Of a stretch of DNA of 64,000 nucleotides, positions 37,076 through 47,845 are shown piece by piece. Below the pieces are notes generated by a model that made no database searches, was not told the origin of the DNA, and was given only the letters and a program-made list of their open reading frames with translations. The stretch is from Azolla caroliniana (Eukaryota; Plantae; Polypodiophyta): assembly GCA_043228905.1 (NCBI GenBank), contig JBHGNT010000021.1:9796001-9860000 (forward strand), read 5' to 3'. Position numbers and translations under genes: made by a program. Numbering within the stretch: position 1 is the first letter of the stretch; each line of letters starts with the position of its first letter.

Positions 37076-38951
37076 ATATTGTCATGATACAGCAATATTC
37101 GAACCCATGACCTTATGTTACATGGGTCGAGCTCTTGACCATTAGACTATATGTTGTAATACGAAAGACATTATTTTCATTTAAGTTTTACTATAGAAAA
37201 TTGATGTATATTCTAGATTTCTCTAGAACATTCTAGAAACTTCAAAAGTACTCCTGAGAACATTATAAAAGGAGGCACAATGCATTATTTCGAACCAAAT
37301 CGGTTCAACACTAGTCTTAAGCCTCTTAGCCATCCTTGTATATTCTTTTCACATAATATATTGTTGTCATCATCATTCCCATGGAGCACACAGGATTGCG
37401 AGCCGAGCACATCATATATGCTCGAGAGTCCCTAGCCCCCTTTCTCACTCTAATCTTCAACCGCGCCCTCACCGAGGGTTTTCTACAACAATGGACCATG
37501 AACACAATGGCCCCTATACATAAAGGAGGGAACCCAATGGACCCAAATACATATAGGACCATTATGATAGGTCATACGCTCGCTAAAATATATGGTGCGG
37601 TAATGGAAGCGGAGCTCAGTGATTATATGGAAACATTAAGTCTTCGAGCACCTAAGCAAGCTGGCTTTAGACGAGCCTTCTCCACTATTGACCATATCTT
37701 CACACTTAGGTGCTTAATTGACCAGACGAAGGCTCATAAGAAGAAACTATATTGTTGCTTTGTGGACTTCCGCAAAGCCTTTGACACAGTTCCTAGGGAG
37801 AAGTTGTTTGATAGACTAAGGGCTTGGAGATACCAAATGACATTATCTGGGCCATTTATGCCCTATATGAGCAAGTCTCTGGGTGCGTAAGATGCCTAGG
37901 TGGCCTATTCGATCATTTCACTAGCACCATTGGTGTAAAACAAGATTCCCCCTATCACCAACTCTTTTTGGGATCTACATTGATGAGATCATTGATTTTA
38001 TTTCTCGTAAGGGAGGCAAAGGAGTAGCTATTTGGGATACGCAAGTTAGTCTCTTACCCTACGCAAACGACATTGTCTTGCTCTCAGAGTCGGAACACGA
38101 CCTACAAAAGCATCTTAATGCCCTAGATGAGCTTTGTACACAACGAGGACTGGGAGTGAATCTAGCGAAAACTAAAGTCCTTATTTTTCATACATTGTCC
38201 CAAGTTAGGAGTAAATGTCACCTAATCCTCCCTCATAAACTAGTTGAGGTAGTTGGATCATATGTATACTTGGGAGTCACTTTTAGTGCTCGCTCAGGTA
38301 AATTCTTGATGACCCAGGCAACCAAAGATAGGCTAACGAGAGGGTATGCATCCCTCTCACTCTAGAGAGACAATGCCACCAAGCATACTTTCAAGAGCCA
38401 TGGACTAAGGGATGGCTCTTCGACTCATTAGTGACCCATTCCCTCATGTATGCATCAGTACTATGGGCTCCGAGTCTACCATCTTTCATGTGGACGCAAT
38501 TCGAGAGACCTTTGGTGACGATGTTATCACGTCAACTCTGAAGCAAATCGACAGTACCACATGACATTATTAGAGCAGAGTTCAATCTGCCCCCGATGTT
38601 AGTAGAAGCATTGTTTGAAGTGGTAGTTTTTATTCATCAGATACACGGTCAACCACAAGATAGGATATCCCGTCGAGCCTTTGAGGCATCCTGATCCCTA
38701 CAAGTGTCTGGAGACACTAGCTCTTCGTATAGTACTATGGTGAGTTGGGGAACCGGAGAGAATGAGGCCGGTAAGGGTCCGGGAGGACCAACGGACAAGT
38801 GACGTCACAGTAATAATAATAATAACTAAAAAAAAAAAAAACAATCATGCAAAAGCGAGGAATGAATGGATGAAAGAGCGTGGAGCGAAAAGGTACGTAG
38901 TGGGCATTTAAAGCGCCACCACAGGACATAATGCTATTTTAAGTACGCGAC

Positions 38952-40807
38952 ATGCACAAACTCGAAAAAGGCGCCAGAATGCACAGACAAAAACCATTGC
39001 GCGTAGAGACCCTCTACTTTCGCGAACCCAGGAGCACAGAAGCACCGAAACGCTGCAAGATCATCAGACGAGAACCTGCGCACAGAGAACCCCCGCCTTC
39101 TGAACTCTCTCTTTCTCAACCCCACTCTCATCACCATCCATCCTCGCCACCGCAATCCGACCCCGACACAGAGATGGACCCGCAAACGCTGTCGGAAGCC
39201 ACCAAGACATGGCTGAAGCAACACGGGCTCGAGGGCTTCTTGATGATGATGGAAGTACCGCCACACAAAGAAGCCGACAAAGTGATCAAGGAAATCGATA
39301 CAGAGGTCATAACGGCAGAGGCGATTCGAGCGTTAACAGGCCTTCCGGAGGGAGGCATACTCACGATCGACAATCCAACCCCGGAGCAACTCATCAGGTA
39401 TTTTGGTGAGTACTCTCTAGCCAGCAAGGGCTACCGGTAAGTGTACAGAATAAAGAAACGGAACGACCTGTACATAGCAATAAGACCCCGGCAACGGAAA
39501 CCGTTCCGGCGAGAGATGCGGCGCAAGCTCAGGAACTTGCGGAATTGAGAGAGGAACTTGCCGCACAAGAAGCGCTAAGGAGCCGTGAACGAGAATTGAA
39601 GACGGCGGCCGAAGCCGAATTAAAGAAGATTGTTGAGAACCTCCGCCGGGCAGAGGAGAGCCTCCGGAAAGGCCATCAAGCGTACGACCGGCTAAAGGAG
39701 GAGAAAGACAAAGTGCTGTAGGAAAAGGACAAGCTGCGGAAAACGGCGGAAACAGAGATTGAACGGCTAAAGGAAGAGCTCCGCCAGCAGAAGGACCGCG
39801 AGGACCAGGCCCGTCGTCAGATCAACGCACGGCTCAAGCAAAAGACGGATGATTTTGAGCACCTGCACCGGGACTACAAACGGCTGGAAACGGAGCATAA
39901 AGAACGGATGGCCGAGCTCCAGCAGGCAGTTGATCGGGCCGCAACGGCGATCGCCGACGAACGAGCGGAAAATTCAAGACGCTTGGAAGAGGCGGAGAAG
40001 GTCCGGATGGAGCTCCAGAGGCAGCAGCAGGAAGACAAACAGAGAGCGTCAACAGTATTGCAAAAATTACAAAGCACATATCAAAGGCAATTGAGGCATT
40101 ACAAGGCGCAGGCGGAGGACAACGTCAAAATCATCAAACAACTGAAGGAGGAACGGCAAGCGGCGGAAACCAAATCGCAATTGGGAACGAGCCGGATTCA
40201 GTCCATCCTCCGGGCATGGCTGAATCAGACGAAACACTTGATTGATGAAAGCTCCGTAAAATGGTGGACAAAGTGGGCACAAAACGTGGCGGAACTCCAA
40301 TTGCTACGGGCGGATGTGGCAAACCGGCGGAAGGAAGGAGATGACTGTTATACGTTGACTTCCGAGGACTTCACCGCCATACGGGACGAGCTGGCCGACG
40401 ACTTCCAAGTCCTGGCAGATGAACAACTGGCGCAGGTCAAGCAGCTCGTAGCTCAGCTGGACGATGATAGGCTGGACGCTCAAATCCAGTTTGAAAGCTA
40501 CGAGCGGTCCCGGGTGCGGGAAGAAAAAGCACGGGAAGCGACAACGGTTAACCTTAGTGATGAGGAACCGTCGCCGGCTGAGGGCCAGCCGGGAACCAGT
40601 CAACCGGAGACCACGACGACGCAGGGAGCAACGACGGAGACGCCGGTGTCAGAGACACAAACGGAGGAGCAGTCGCAGCAACCACCAACGGACCCGCCGC
40701 AGCAGACAGCAACAGAGCAGCAACAGCAACAACAACAACAACCACTTCCAGATGAACCATTGGAGCCTCTCGAACAAAGCATTCTGGACATTTTGGACGA
40801 AGAATAG
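38952..40807 (+). pseudogene. Extra ORF of F: N-terminal domain, long coiled coil, Q/T-rich acidic tail; frameshift at about 39437 and TAG at 39719
   Basis: ORFs 38952-39440 and 39908-40807 (the second frame is open from about 39437 except one stop); E/K/R/Q/L/A-rich heptad-like composition. Confidence 0.8.
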
Positions 40808-40819
40808 CAAGGGTCGGTT

Positions 40820-40859
40820 GTGGATTCGACGTACAACGTACTGTCCCACGAGCGTGCCA
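40820..40859 (+). other. tRNA-3'-end-like motif (inverted PBS) in the PPT position of F
   Basis: GTGGATTCGA-CGTACAACGTACT-GTCCCACGAGCGTGCCA-tg-LTR. Confidence 0.8.
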
Positions 40860-40861
40860 TG

Positions 40862-41295
40862 TGTTACCGGCCGGCAAAGGAGTCCAGAGTGGGAAACGGA
40901 GAGCTAATTAAGTAGTAGGAATGTGGTTGTAATTAAGCTATGAGTGTGGACGAACGGACCAGAATCGGTATGCCGTTCCGGATCTGGACCGATCCCGAAC
41001 AGGTGCGAATGGCACCGTTTTGTAATACAGACCGGAAACCTATTTAAAGGCCCGGATACAATGTAATAGGGAGCGGTTAATTAAGGAAAGCTTAAGCGTT
41101 GTTATCTCTCTATGTTAATTGCCGTTCTGTCTTAATTGTTATATCTTACGCGTGTTATAAAAGACGGTCCTAATAAGTAACTTAATTAAGTCGGATTAAG
41201 CGTTGAAGTCTAATCCGGTTGCCGTAACACCCTTTGGTGAAGTGTCTCCCGTAGACACCCTATGTTAGGCCATTGTCCGGCCCGAAGAGTTAACA
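40862..41295 (+). repeat. 3' LTR of F
   Basis: TG...CA with inverted termini tgtta/taaca; homologous to solo LTR C. Confidence 0.9.
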
Positions 41296-42335
41296 CTTGC
41301 AAATGGCATAGATTTTAATAACCTACCCCCCCTTAGGTACAACCATGAGACTGACCAAACTCTAATATCTCATGAAGACTGTAATAAAGTCATACGCCAA
41401 GAAATATGGCAAATTTACACTCAATATAAATGGATCGCCCCATAAGAGCCACTCCCATCTAAAATGTTGTACTATAAGGAACACTTCTTGCACTTCTCTA
41501 AGTTAGGTTTTATTACACAACCAAGATATCTAGATACATTCTTATCAAATGCACTAAGGGTGGTCATTGGAACTCATCTCACCAACTTGAGATTGAGAAT
41601 GGTCGGGCTAGTAGAGTTCCTAGGGAGGAAAGGCTATGTAGGTTGTGCCACATAGAGATAGAGGATGAGTATCACTTCACATGCAAGTGTCCAACTTATG
41701 CCAAGATACGAGTGGAATACATTAGGACCCTCTCCCACCCTCTCCAAACTATTAGATACCCCGGATGTAAAGAGACTAGGTAGCTATATCTTAAATCTAA
41801 ACAACATAGGGAGAATAAATTACAAAGTGTTAACCATAACCCTTTTACTATTCATCAACTTGTAACTAGTGTAATTTTTCAGGAACAAGGGGAGACGATG
41901 AATGTGGATACACTTACGCCGCTCGGCCTTGCTCTTGAGGAAGCTGAAATGCAAAGAACAACCAAACACCCTCGGATGTTGGGCTTCAAAATAAGTCGAC
42001 ACGAAGTTGAAAGGATTAAGAAGATAAGGGAACGTGAGCTACGTTGACTAGAAGCTATGGTTGGGGTACCTTTTACATTGGGGCCACGGGCCACATCCAT
42101 ATCGAAACCCTTTGACCTCCCGCTTCTCTTCGAGAGACTTGGATGGAAATGAAATTAGGCCTAGTATAACATCATTTTCATTGTAGAACATGTTTGTTAT
42201 TTTATTTTACTAGAACTATTTAGCTTAAAACTCTATTTTATTTTTATTTTTTACTTTCAATGAATGGGTAAATATCCCATTTTTTGTTGTAAACCATTTG
42301 TCTCATGGGCCAATTTTGGCCTTAGAAGACGTTAA

Positions 42336-42371
<36 letters not shown>

Positions 42372-42418
42372 CCCTTCTCTCGAGTGTTCTACACCCTCTT
42401 TTCCTCTTAGTACTAATA

Positions 42419-42963
42419 TGTTGGGAAATCAGTCTCTCCAAATGGGATCCGGTTATGAATAAAGAGGGCCCAGTGAGAACCGGAAACCGGATCGGATGGA
42501 CCCGATGAGAGCCGGAAGAGAAGACATACTTGTAAATGTGTTGAGTAAGCCTATTGAGGCTATATTTGTAAATAGCCCTAAGTTCATATAAGTATAAATA
42601 TGACTTAGGGCAATCACTTTATACAGGATAGAGTTGTCATATTGTTATATAGTGATAGAGAGAGCGAGAGAGGAGATACAGAGTGATATTTTGTTGTAAC
42701 CGCTGCTTGGCGAAGAAACAGAGCTCAAGGTCGTTGCCTCCGAGTCTCTGACTATACCTTTCTCATATAGTGATAGTTCGGAGTCTATGGGCTCCCATGG
42801 TTTTTCCCATTCAGGGTTTTCCACGTAAACATCATGTGTCCTCTCTATCGACTTGTGTGTGTACGTACGTTCACTCCCTACTTCCCATTTCTGTGTTTGA
42901 TTCTCAAGGAGAAATGTTCAAGACTCGGTTGTGGCCGAGCTATATTCCACGTTATTCTCCACA
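42419..42963 (+). repeat. Insert O: solo LTR in the 3' LTR of M
   Basis: TG...CA with perfect TSD TAATA (42414-42418 / 42964-42968). Confidence 0.92.
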
Positions 42964-43703
42964 TAATATTCATCTCTTAGTACTAATTTCATCTCTGTCT
43001 CAGTACTATTCCTGACATTAGCATCAATTGGAGGTCGAAGAAGGGAGGATTCTCCCTTGTGAGGATTGTCAACCGTCTAGCGTTGAACTGAGGTGCTAGG
43101 CCTCTGAGGCATATCTACACCATTTCACCATCGTCAATGTTAACATTGATCGATGTGAGGGAGTTGCACAGCTCCTTGATCTTCAATGTGTAGCGGCTGA
43201 GTGACATATCCCTCTGTTGTATGTTGTTCAACTCGAGGCGAAATTGAAGCTTTCATGCGGTTGAGTTGGTTGAGAATATCTTTTTGAGGTTCCCCCACGC
43301 CTCCTTTGGTGTTTTGCCCTCTCCGATATAGCCGAGCATGTGATCATGAATGCATGATGCAAGGCAATACAGCATATGACCCGCCACTTACTCCTAGACT
43401 GGGTGGTCTGCATGTGCCGGGTTGGGTTGATTTTCTTGTGCCCCCTCGATATCACCCCAATAGCCTTGGCCGACAAGGTATTGGTGCATTTTGTATTCCC
43501 CAAGATGCGAAATTGTTTCTATCAAGTTTCTGGGTGGGAAGAGCGCTTCCCATCTGAGTATTCATGTTGAACTTATTCTTCTTCTCTGTGAGGCGAACTA
43601 TGCAGGTTGCTACTATAGTGATCAACTAGTTCTTCGTGAACATGGGCTTAGGCACAACACACGCAGATGGACTTGGATTAAGCTACCAAGTGCTTTGATA
43701 CCA

Positions 43704-44064
43704 TGTAAAGAATCGAGAGTGATTATGTACAGTGGAAAGGTGTGTGTGTGTGTGTGTGTGAGTGAGAGAGAGAGGGAGAGAACATAGAGTTATACAGAAA
43801 AATAGAAATACTATATTAACAAGAAGGACAATAGCCAACATTTACAAAGAGGACGAGAAGGTGCTTATTTAGACACCTTCTCTCTATGTTCTCTCACTAC
43901 AACCACCACTTGCAAAAGAGATAGAAACTTAACTACCTACTAATATGTGTCATAGAAATTTTAGGTTCTATGACACACTAGTTACTATACTAGGAGGTGG
44001 GGTGATCGCACACTTGAGTATACTAAGGTGTGTTCCCACATAAAGTTGAGTTTGATTCTCAACA
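43704..44064 (-). repeat. 5' LTR of copia P, containing (TG)n(AG)n
   Basis: TG...CA next to iMet PBS; end ttgag..tctcaaca resembles the LTR ends of B, D and G. Confidence 0.82.
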
Positions 44065-44199
44065 AGGGGTGCCACCTAATTCTTAGATGATAAATTAATA
44101 CCTATTGTGCAACGTAAATAACGAATTGGTGTACCTCGTGGAATTCATTGAAATTGAGGATGTGGTTTCCAGAGTGGAAAGTCTTCATCCCCAACCCAA

Positions 44200-44510
44200 A
44201 GTGTTGCCATCAATTTATTCTAGCTACTTATGTAGATTATCCAAATCACCCGATAAGTGTAACACAGTTTTATTGGCAAGGGTTGAATGTATAAGTGTAG
44301 ATAACATAGTTTAAAGGTGTATATTAAGTAGTTTAGCTAGGATTTTGTAAACCATGTTGAGTATTGGAATAGGATGCCATTTCGTAATAGCAAGTGAAGA
44401 ACGGTTGGACTTAAGTATAATGTTATTGTCGTCCCTTGTTTGTATGACTCTTATAGAACTTATACAGGATGTATCCATCCCCTTGAAAAGATTTTTGAAA
44501 TGCCTCAAAA
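44200..44510 (-). pseudogene. Old L1-type RT relic
   Basis: WHPIPILNMVYKILAKLL resembles the L1 motif WRPITLLNxxYKILAK. Confidence 0.55.
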
Positions 44511-44899
44511 ATTATCATCAATTGACACTCCAATTGATAGCAGTACGATATTGTATACTAAATTCTTAAAGGTAATCATCATAATCAACCAAAAAGGAAC
44601 AACTCAATTCTTAATTATACAAATCTTTATCAATTAGTTGTATAATGTATACCATCTTGTTTCTCTTCATTTTCGTTTTCATATCAACGTAACATTTCCT
44701 TTTTATCTTACCAATACCATTATTTTCTCTATTTTCCTATCTTTAGCTTAATATGTAAAACATTTAAGATGGTCATCCTCTCCCTTTCTTGAATCAATGG
44801 GCCTCCACATAAAATGGAACTATCGAGCCCCTTTTGTTGTTTGTATATAACATTCACAACTGTAAAATTTTATAACTATTAGAAATTTTTTGTTTTAGA

Positions 44900-45249
44900 G
44901 TGTGTGTGTGTGTGCTCTCTCTCTCTCTCTTTCCTACACACACATCCATCCATCTACCTATCTATCTGTCAATCTTTTTTCCTTGCACTAATCTATCAAT
45001 CTATCTATTCATTTGTGGACTATATCTATCTATGACTAGAGAATCTGGTCATGATTGCTTTAGGTCTATCTAGGCAATGTACAATTCTCTCTCTCTCTCT
45101 CTCTCTCTCATTAAATGAATGAAATGTTGAATAAAGGCAAAATCCCATCAACTTTATTTCACTATTACAATGCACATTGCACACACAGCATCTATTCATG
45201 ATGTCAAACATTACTTTCTAGTTGTTTCCTCCTACAAAGTGCATGCAAC

Positions 45250-45289
<40 letters not shown>

Positions 45290-45303
45290 TGTGTGTGTGT
45301 GTG
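44900..45303. repeat. Microsatellite cluster (TG)n(CT)n, (CT)n, (AG)n(TG)n; another at about 47259-47300
   Basis: Dinucleotide runs directly visible. Confidence 0.9.
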
Positions 45304-46807
45304 TATGTCTCTTCTACTTTGAGTCTTGTCACTAATTTGATAGTAAGACCTCCAATATATGGTACAACTTCATTGGTGGGGTATGTGCACACACAAACAC
45401 ATATTACCCTTTTTAACAACAATGTCTAGCCATGATATGATGTGTTAAAATTTCAGACATTATAGAAATAAATAGAGATCATTTCTCATCAATATTTTGT
45501 ATGAACATATTACAAAAGTCATAAGACCCCTGCTTGGTTAGTATAATCTACTCAAAAGGTGAAGAGTCTCTAAGTATAATACTATACTTACCTTTCTCCC
45601 CTCACGTCATGGATCTAGGGTCAAAACTTCGTAAGTTGTGAAATTGTACAAAGTTCAAGTGAACCATAGTTAGTTGGAAGTACGTATTTTTAGATATCTT
45701 GGAGTTTACAACTTCAGTTCTAGACCATCACATTGTTTTTGTTAAACGAAACTCAATTTCCAATGACATCAAATCCATTTAAACAAAACTTAGTACACAT
45801 TTATATATTAGTAAGTGAAGTCGTTGTGCAACTTAATAATCACAACGACAGTGTGCTTTGATGAGATTGTGGACAAATATTATAGAATTATAGCTCATCA
45901 CAATCTTGTAGTACTAACATATTGATTTAAATACACTTCCAAAATAGTAAGGATAAACACTTGAATGCCACCAAACTTGATGATGTTATTTTTATAAAAA
46001 AGTAAAGTGAATGGCCAAAATGTTTTTTCTTTTTGCCCAAAAAAAAACTCCTTCCATTAGTTATAAAAGAATGGCCAAAATGTTAAATACTTTGAAGGTT
46101 TAAATAAACAAATAGTTTTGTATTTAACATTGCAAGAAGTCCTTTAAATGCTGGAAAGGAACAATATGGTATCCTAGAGGGATCTGAGAGAAAATATTTA
46201 TTTACCAATCTATATCCTTCTCATAATAATATATATGACGAAGAAATAACAAATATTAGGGAATAACTTCTAAGGTATCCAAAGTTTTCTCTACCTTCTC
46301 AAATGCCCTTGAGTTTTCATTATTTCCCAAAATTACCCTTTGTCAGCCTTTTAACAAGTAATTACATGATCATTTCATAGCATTCTATCAATCTATACTT
46401 TTTGGGCAATTATATGGTCAATTTTTTCCTTTTCTCTCTTTTGGGGGGTGGCCAAGATGTTTTCGAAAATAATGAAATTTGAAGAGTAGTTTTGATTTAG
46501 TCCCTATACATATATTATCCTAGAAAGTAATTATTGTCTACATTTATTTCCTTCTTTGAAAATACTTCTTGTATACAAACCATACAAATTTATAGGCATG
46601 TTTTCATTTGTGAGATAATGAAATGGTATTGAAGAGAAAAAAAAAAACATTCACTATTCTTCTTTTTATATATAAAATATTCACTATTCTTGTAATAAGA
46701 AAAAAAAAATCAAATATAGGTTTGTTATGCACATGAATCATTTCCTTCATTGATGCATCTACCTTGGAAATCTAAATTGTAATGTAATTGATATAAAGAT
46801 ATATACA

Positions 46808-46926
46808 AACCTTGAATATGGAGTCTCTATTCCTATGTTTCCACAAAAACACTAACCATGAATATGTTTGCAAAACCTTGAATATGGAGTCTTTATTCTT
46901 ATGTTTCCACCAAAACAATAACAATG
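46808..46926 (+). repeat. Short direct repeat, about 54 bp x2
   Basis: aaaccttgaatatggagtct(c/t)tattc(c/t)tatgtttccac occurs twice about 65 bp apart. Confidence 0.8.
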
Positions 46927-47845
46927 AGACAATGATTTATTATTTTTAAATGTAGTGTATCAAATCTAATGACAAGTGAATTTACTTTTTATTGTCAAGT
47001 TGCTAAGTTAGCATGCCTTCATGATAAGCATACATGATATGATATTAGTTAATTTTTGGAATATTATATCATGTTGACTTTAACATCAAAACTTGAGGAA
47101 TTCAACCTTGATTCTTGGTGTGACAATGTATCCAACAAGACAAAAAGGAAATCCTCTTATGAAAAATTAACTACATCTAGAAGTAACATATGCCTTTTTT
47201 AAAGTTGAGCATGCAAGAACCAATAGATAGCTAAATATTTATTACTTATGGAGCCATTAAGAGAGAGAGAGAGTGTGTGTGTGTGTGTGTGTGCGCGCGC
47301 ACACGTGCATTACACCAACTAAAACACAATATCCCCCTCCAACACTCATCCTATGCACAATAACTATGTGCAATTCATGCTTTGAAAACAATCTTGATGG
47401 TTGTTACCAATTGTAAAACTCATCTCATGCATTAAGATCATTCAACAGATCTCTAGGACACCTAGATCTTTTAAGTTTTTAGTATAAAGGTGGTAATTTT
47501 GTCTCAAGGGTCAATAGTTGGTCATCTAGTAGATGTTAGTATATCTTCATTAATTTCTTCTCTTCTCTAAATTCTTTATACGTTTCTCCTACACACACAC
47601 TACATCATTGGACAATATAAATGAAATGCTAGATAAACCCACTATTTGTAAGGGTTCAATCTCTTTTCAAGCTACTTGCATCACGTTATTAACTATTTAC
47701 AATCGAGAGAATAATATTGAAGCAAGTTACCCCTTGAGAGAGACTAACAATCAAGAATTAGAGGACCTAAGATATGTTCCACCTTAACTTAAATTAGCAT
47801 CAAGTTTGATGAATATTATGAGATGGTCTTGTTTCATGCACCAGG

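Larger units (their letters stand above)
38749..41295 (+). mobile_element. Element F: 3' half of an E-related LTR element (extra ORF + 3' LTR); 5' part deleted
   Basis: LINE breaks at atggtgagttgg (38748) and resumes cttgcaaatgg (41296); LTR 40862-41295 TGTTA...TAACA; ORF homologous to the extra ORF of E. Confidence 0.87.
37379..42337 (+). mobile_element. RTEX-like LINE copy 1, 5'-truncated, inserted at the (CT)n tract of the 3' LTR of M and itself split by F
   Basis: RT YRTIMIG..QAGFRR..FVDFRKAFD; C-terminal CCHC; 3' UTR ending ggccttagaagacgttaata then (TC)n; homologous to 54395-56540. Confidence 0.92.
31130..43017 (+). mobile_element. Element M: full-length decayed Tcn1-like chromovirus (same family as A); 3' LTR split by a LINE and solo LTR O
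   Basis: 5' LTR 31130-31545; 3' LTR 37080-37378 + 42338-42418 + 42964-43017; TSD atagg/ttagc (consensus atagc); gag CLYCGGPGH, protease FLDS, RT, RH, INT, chromodomain. Confidence 0.92.
24776..44064 (-). mobile_element. Element P: 5' half of a B/G-type copia (LTR, PBS, gag), split by J and M and fused to fragment I
   Basis: LTR 43704-44064; PBS gctttgatacca 43692-43703; gag pieces 43018-43566, 31014-31129 and 24776-25109 join into FDLQLML|LVEKNHV..KSRFG|QGHHNQ..CRYCGKFG. Confidence 0.8.

Noticed and set aside
39437-39470. GTAAGT as a splice donor linking the two F ORFs
   Set aside because: E has several hundred nt of coding sequence at this point that F lacks, so a frameshifting deletion explains it more simply; splicing is not excluded without RNA data.
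39908-40807. Host coiled-coil (myosin/SMC-like) gene
   Set aside because: It lies directly before an LTR and has a homologue at the same position in element E, so it is element-encoded.
40790-40860. A tRNA gene or tRNA-derived SINE
   Set aside because: Only the 3' ~28 nt resemble tRNA; there is no D or anticodon arm and the upstream sequence is coding. Reported as a motif instead.
44510-47845. Possible host gene, promoter or intron region
   Set aside because: AT-rich, with only short microsatellite-driven ORFs and no exon or domain I can support.
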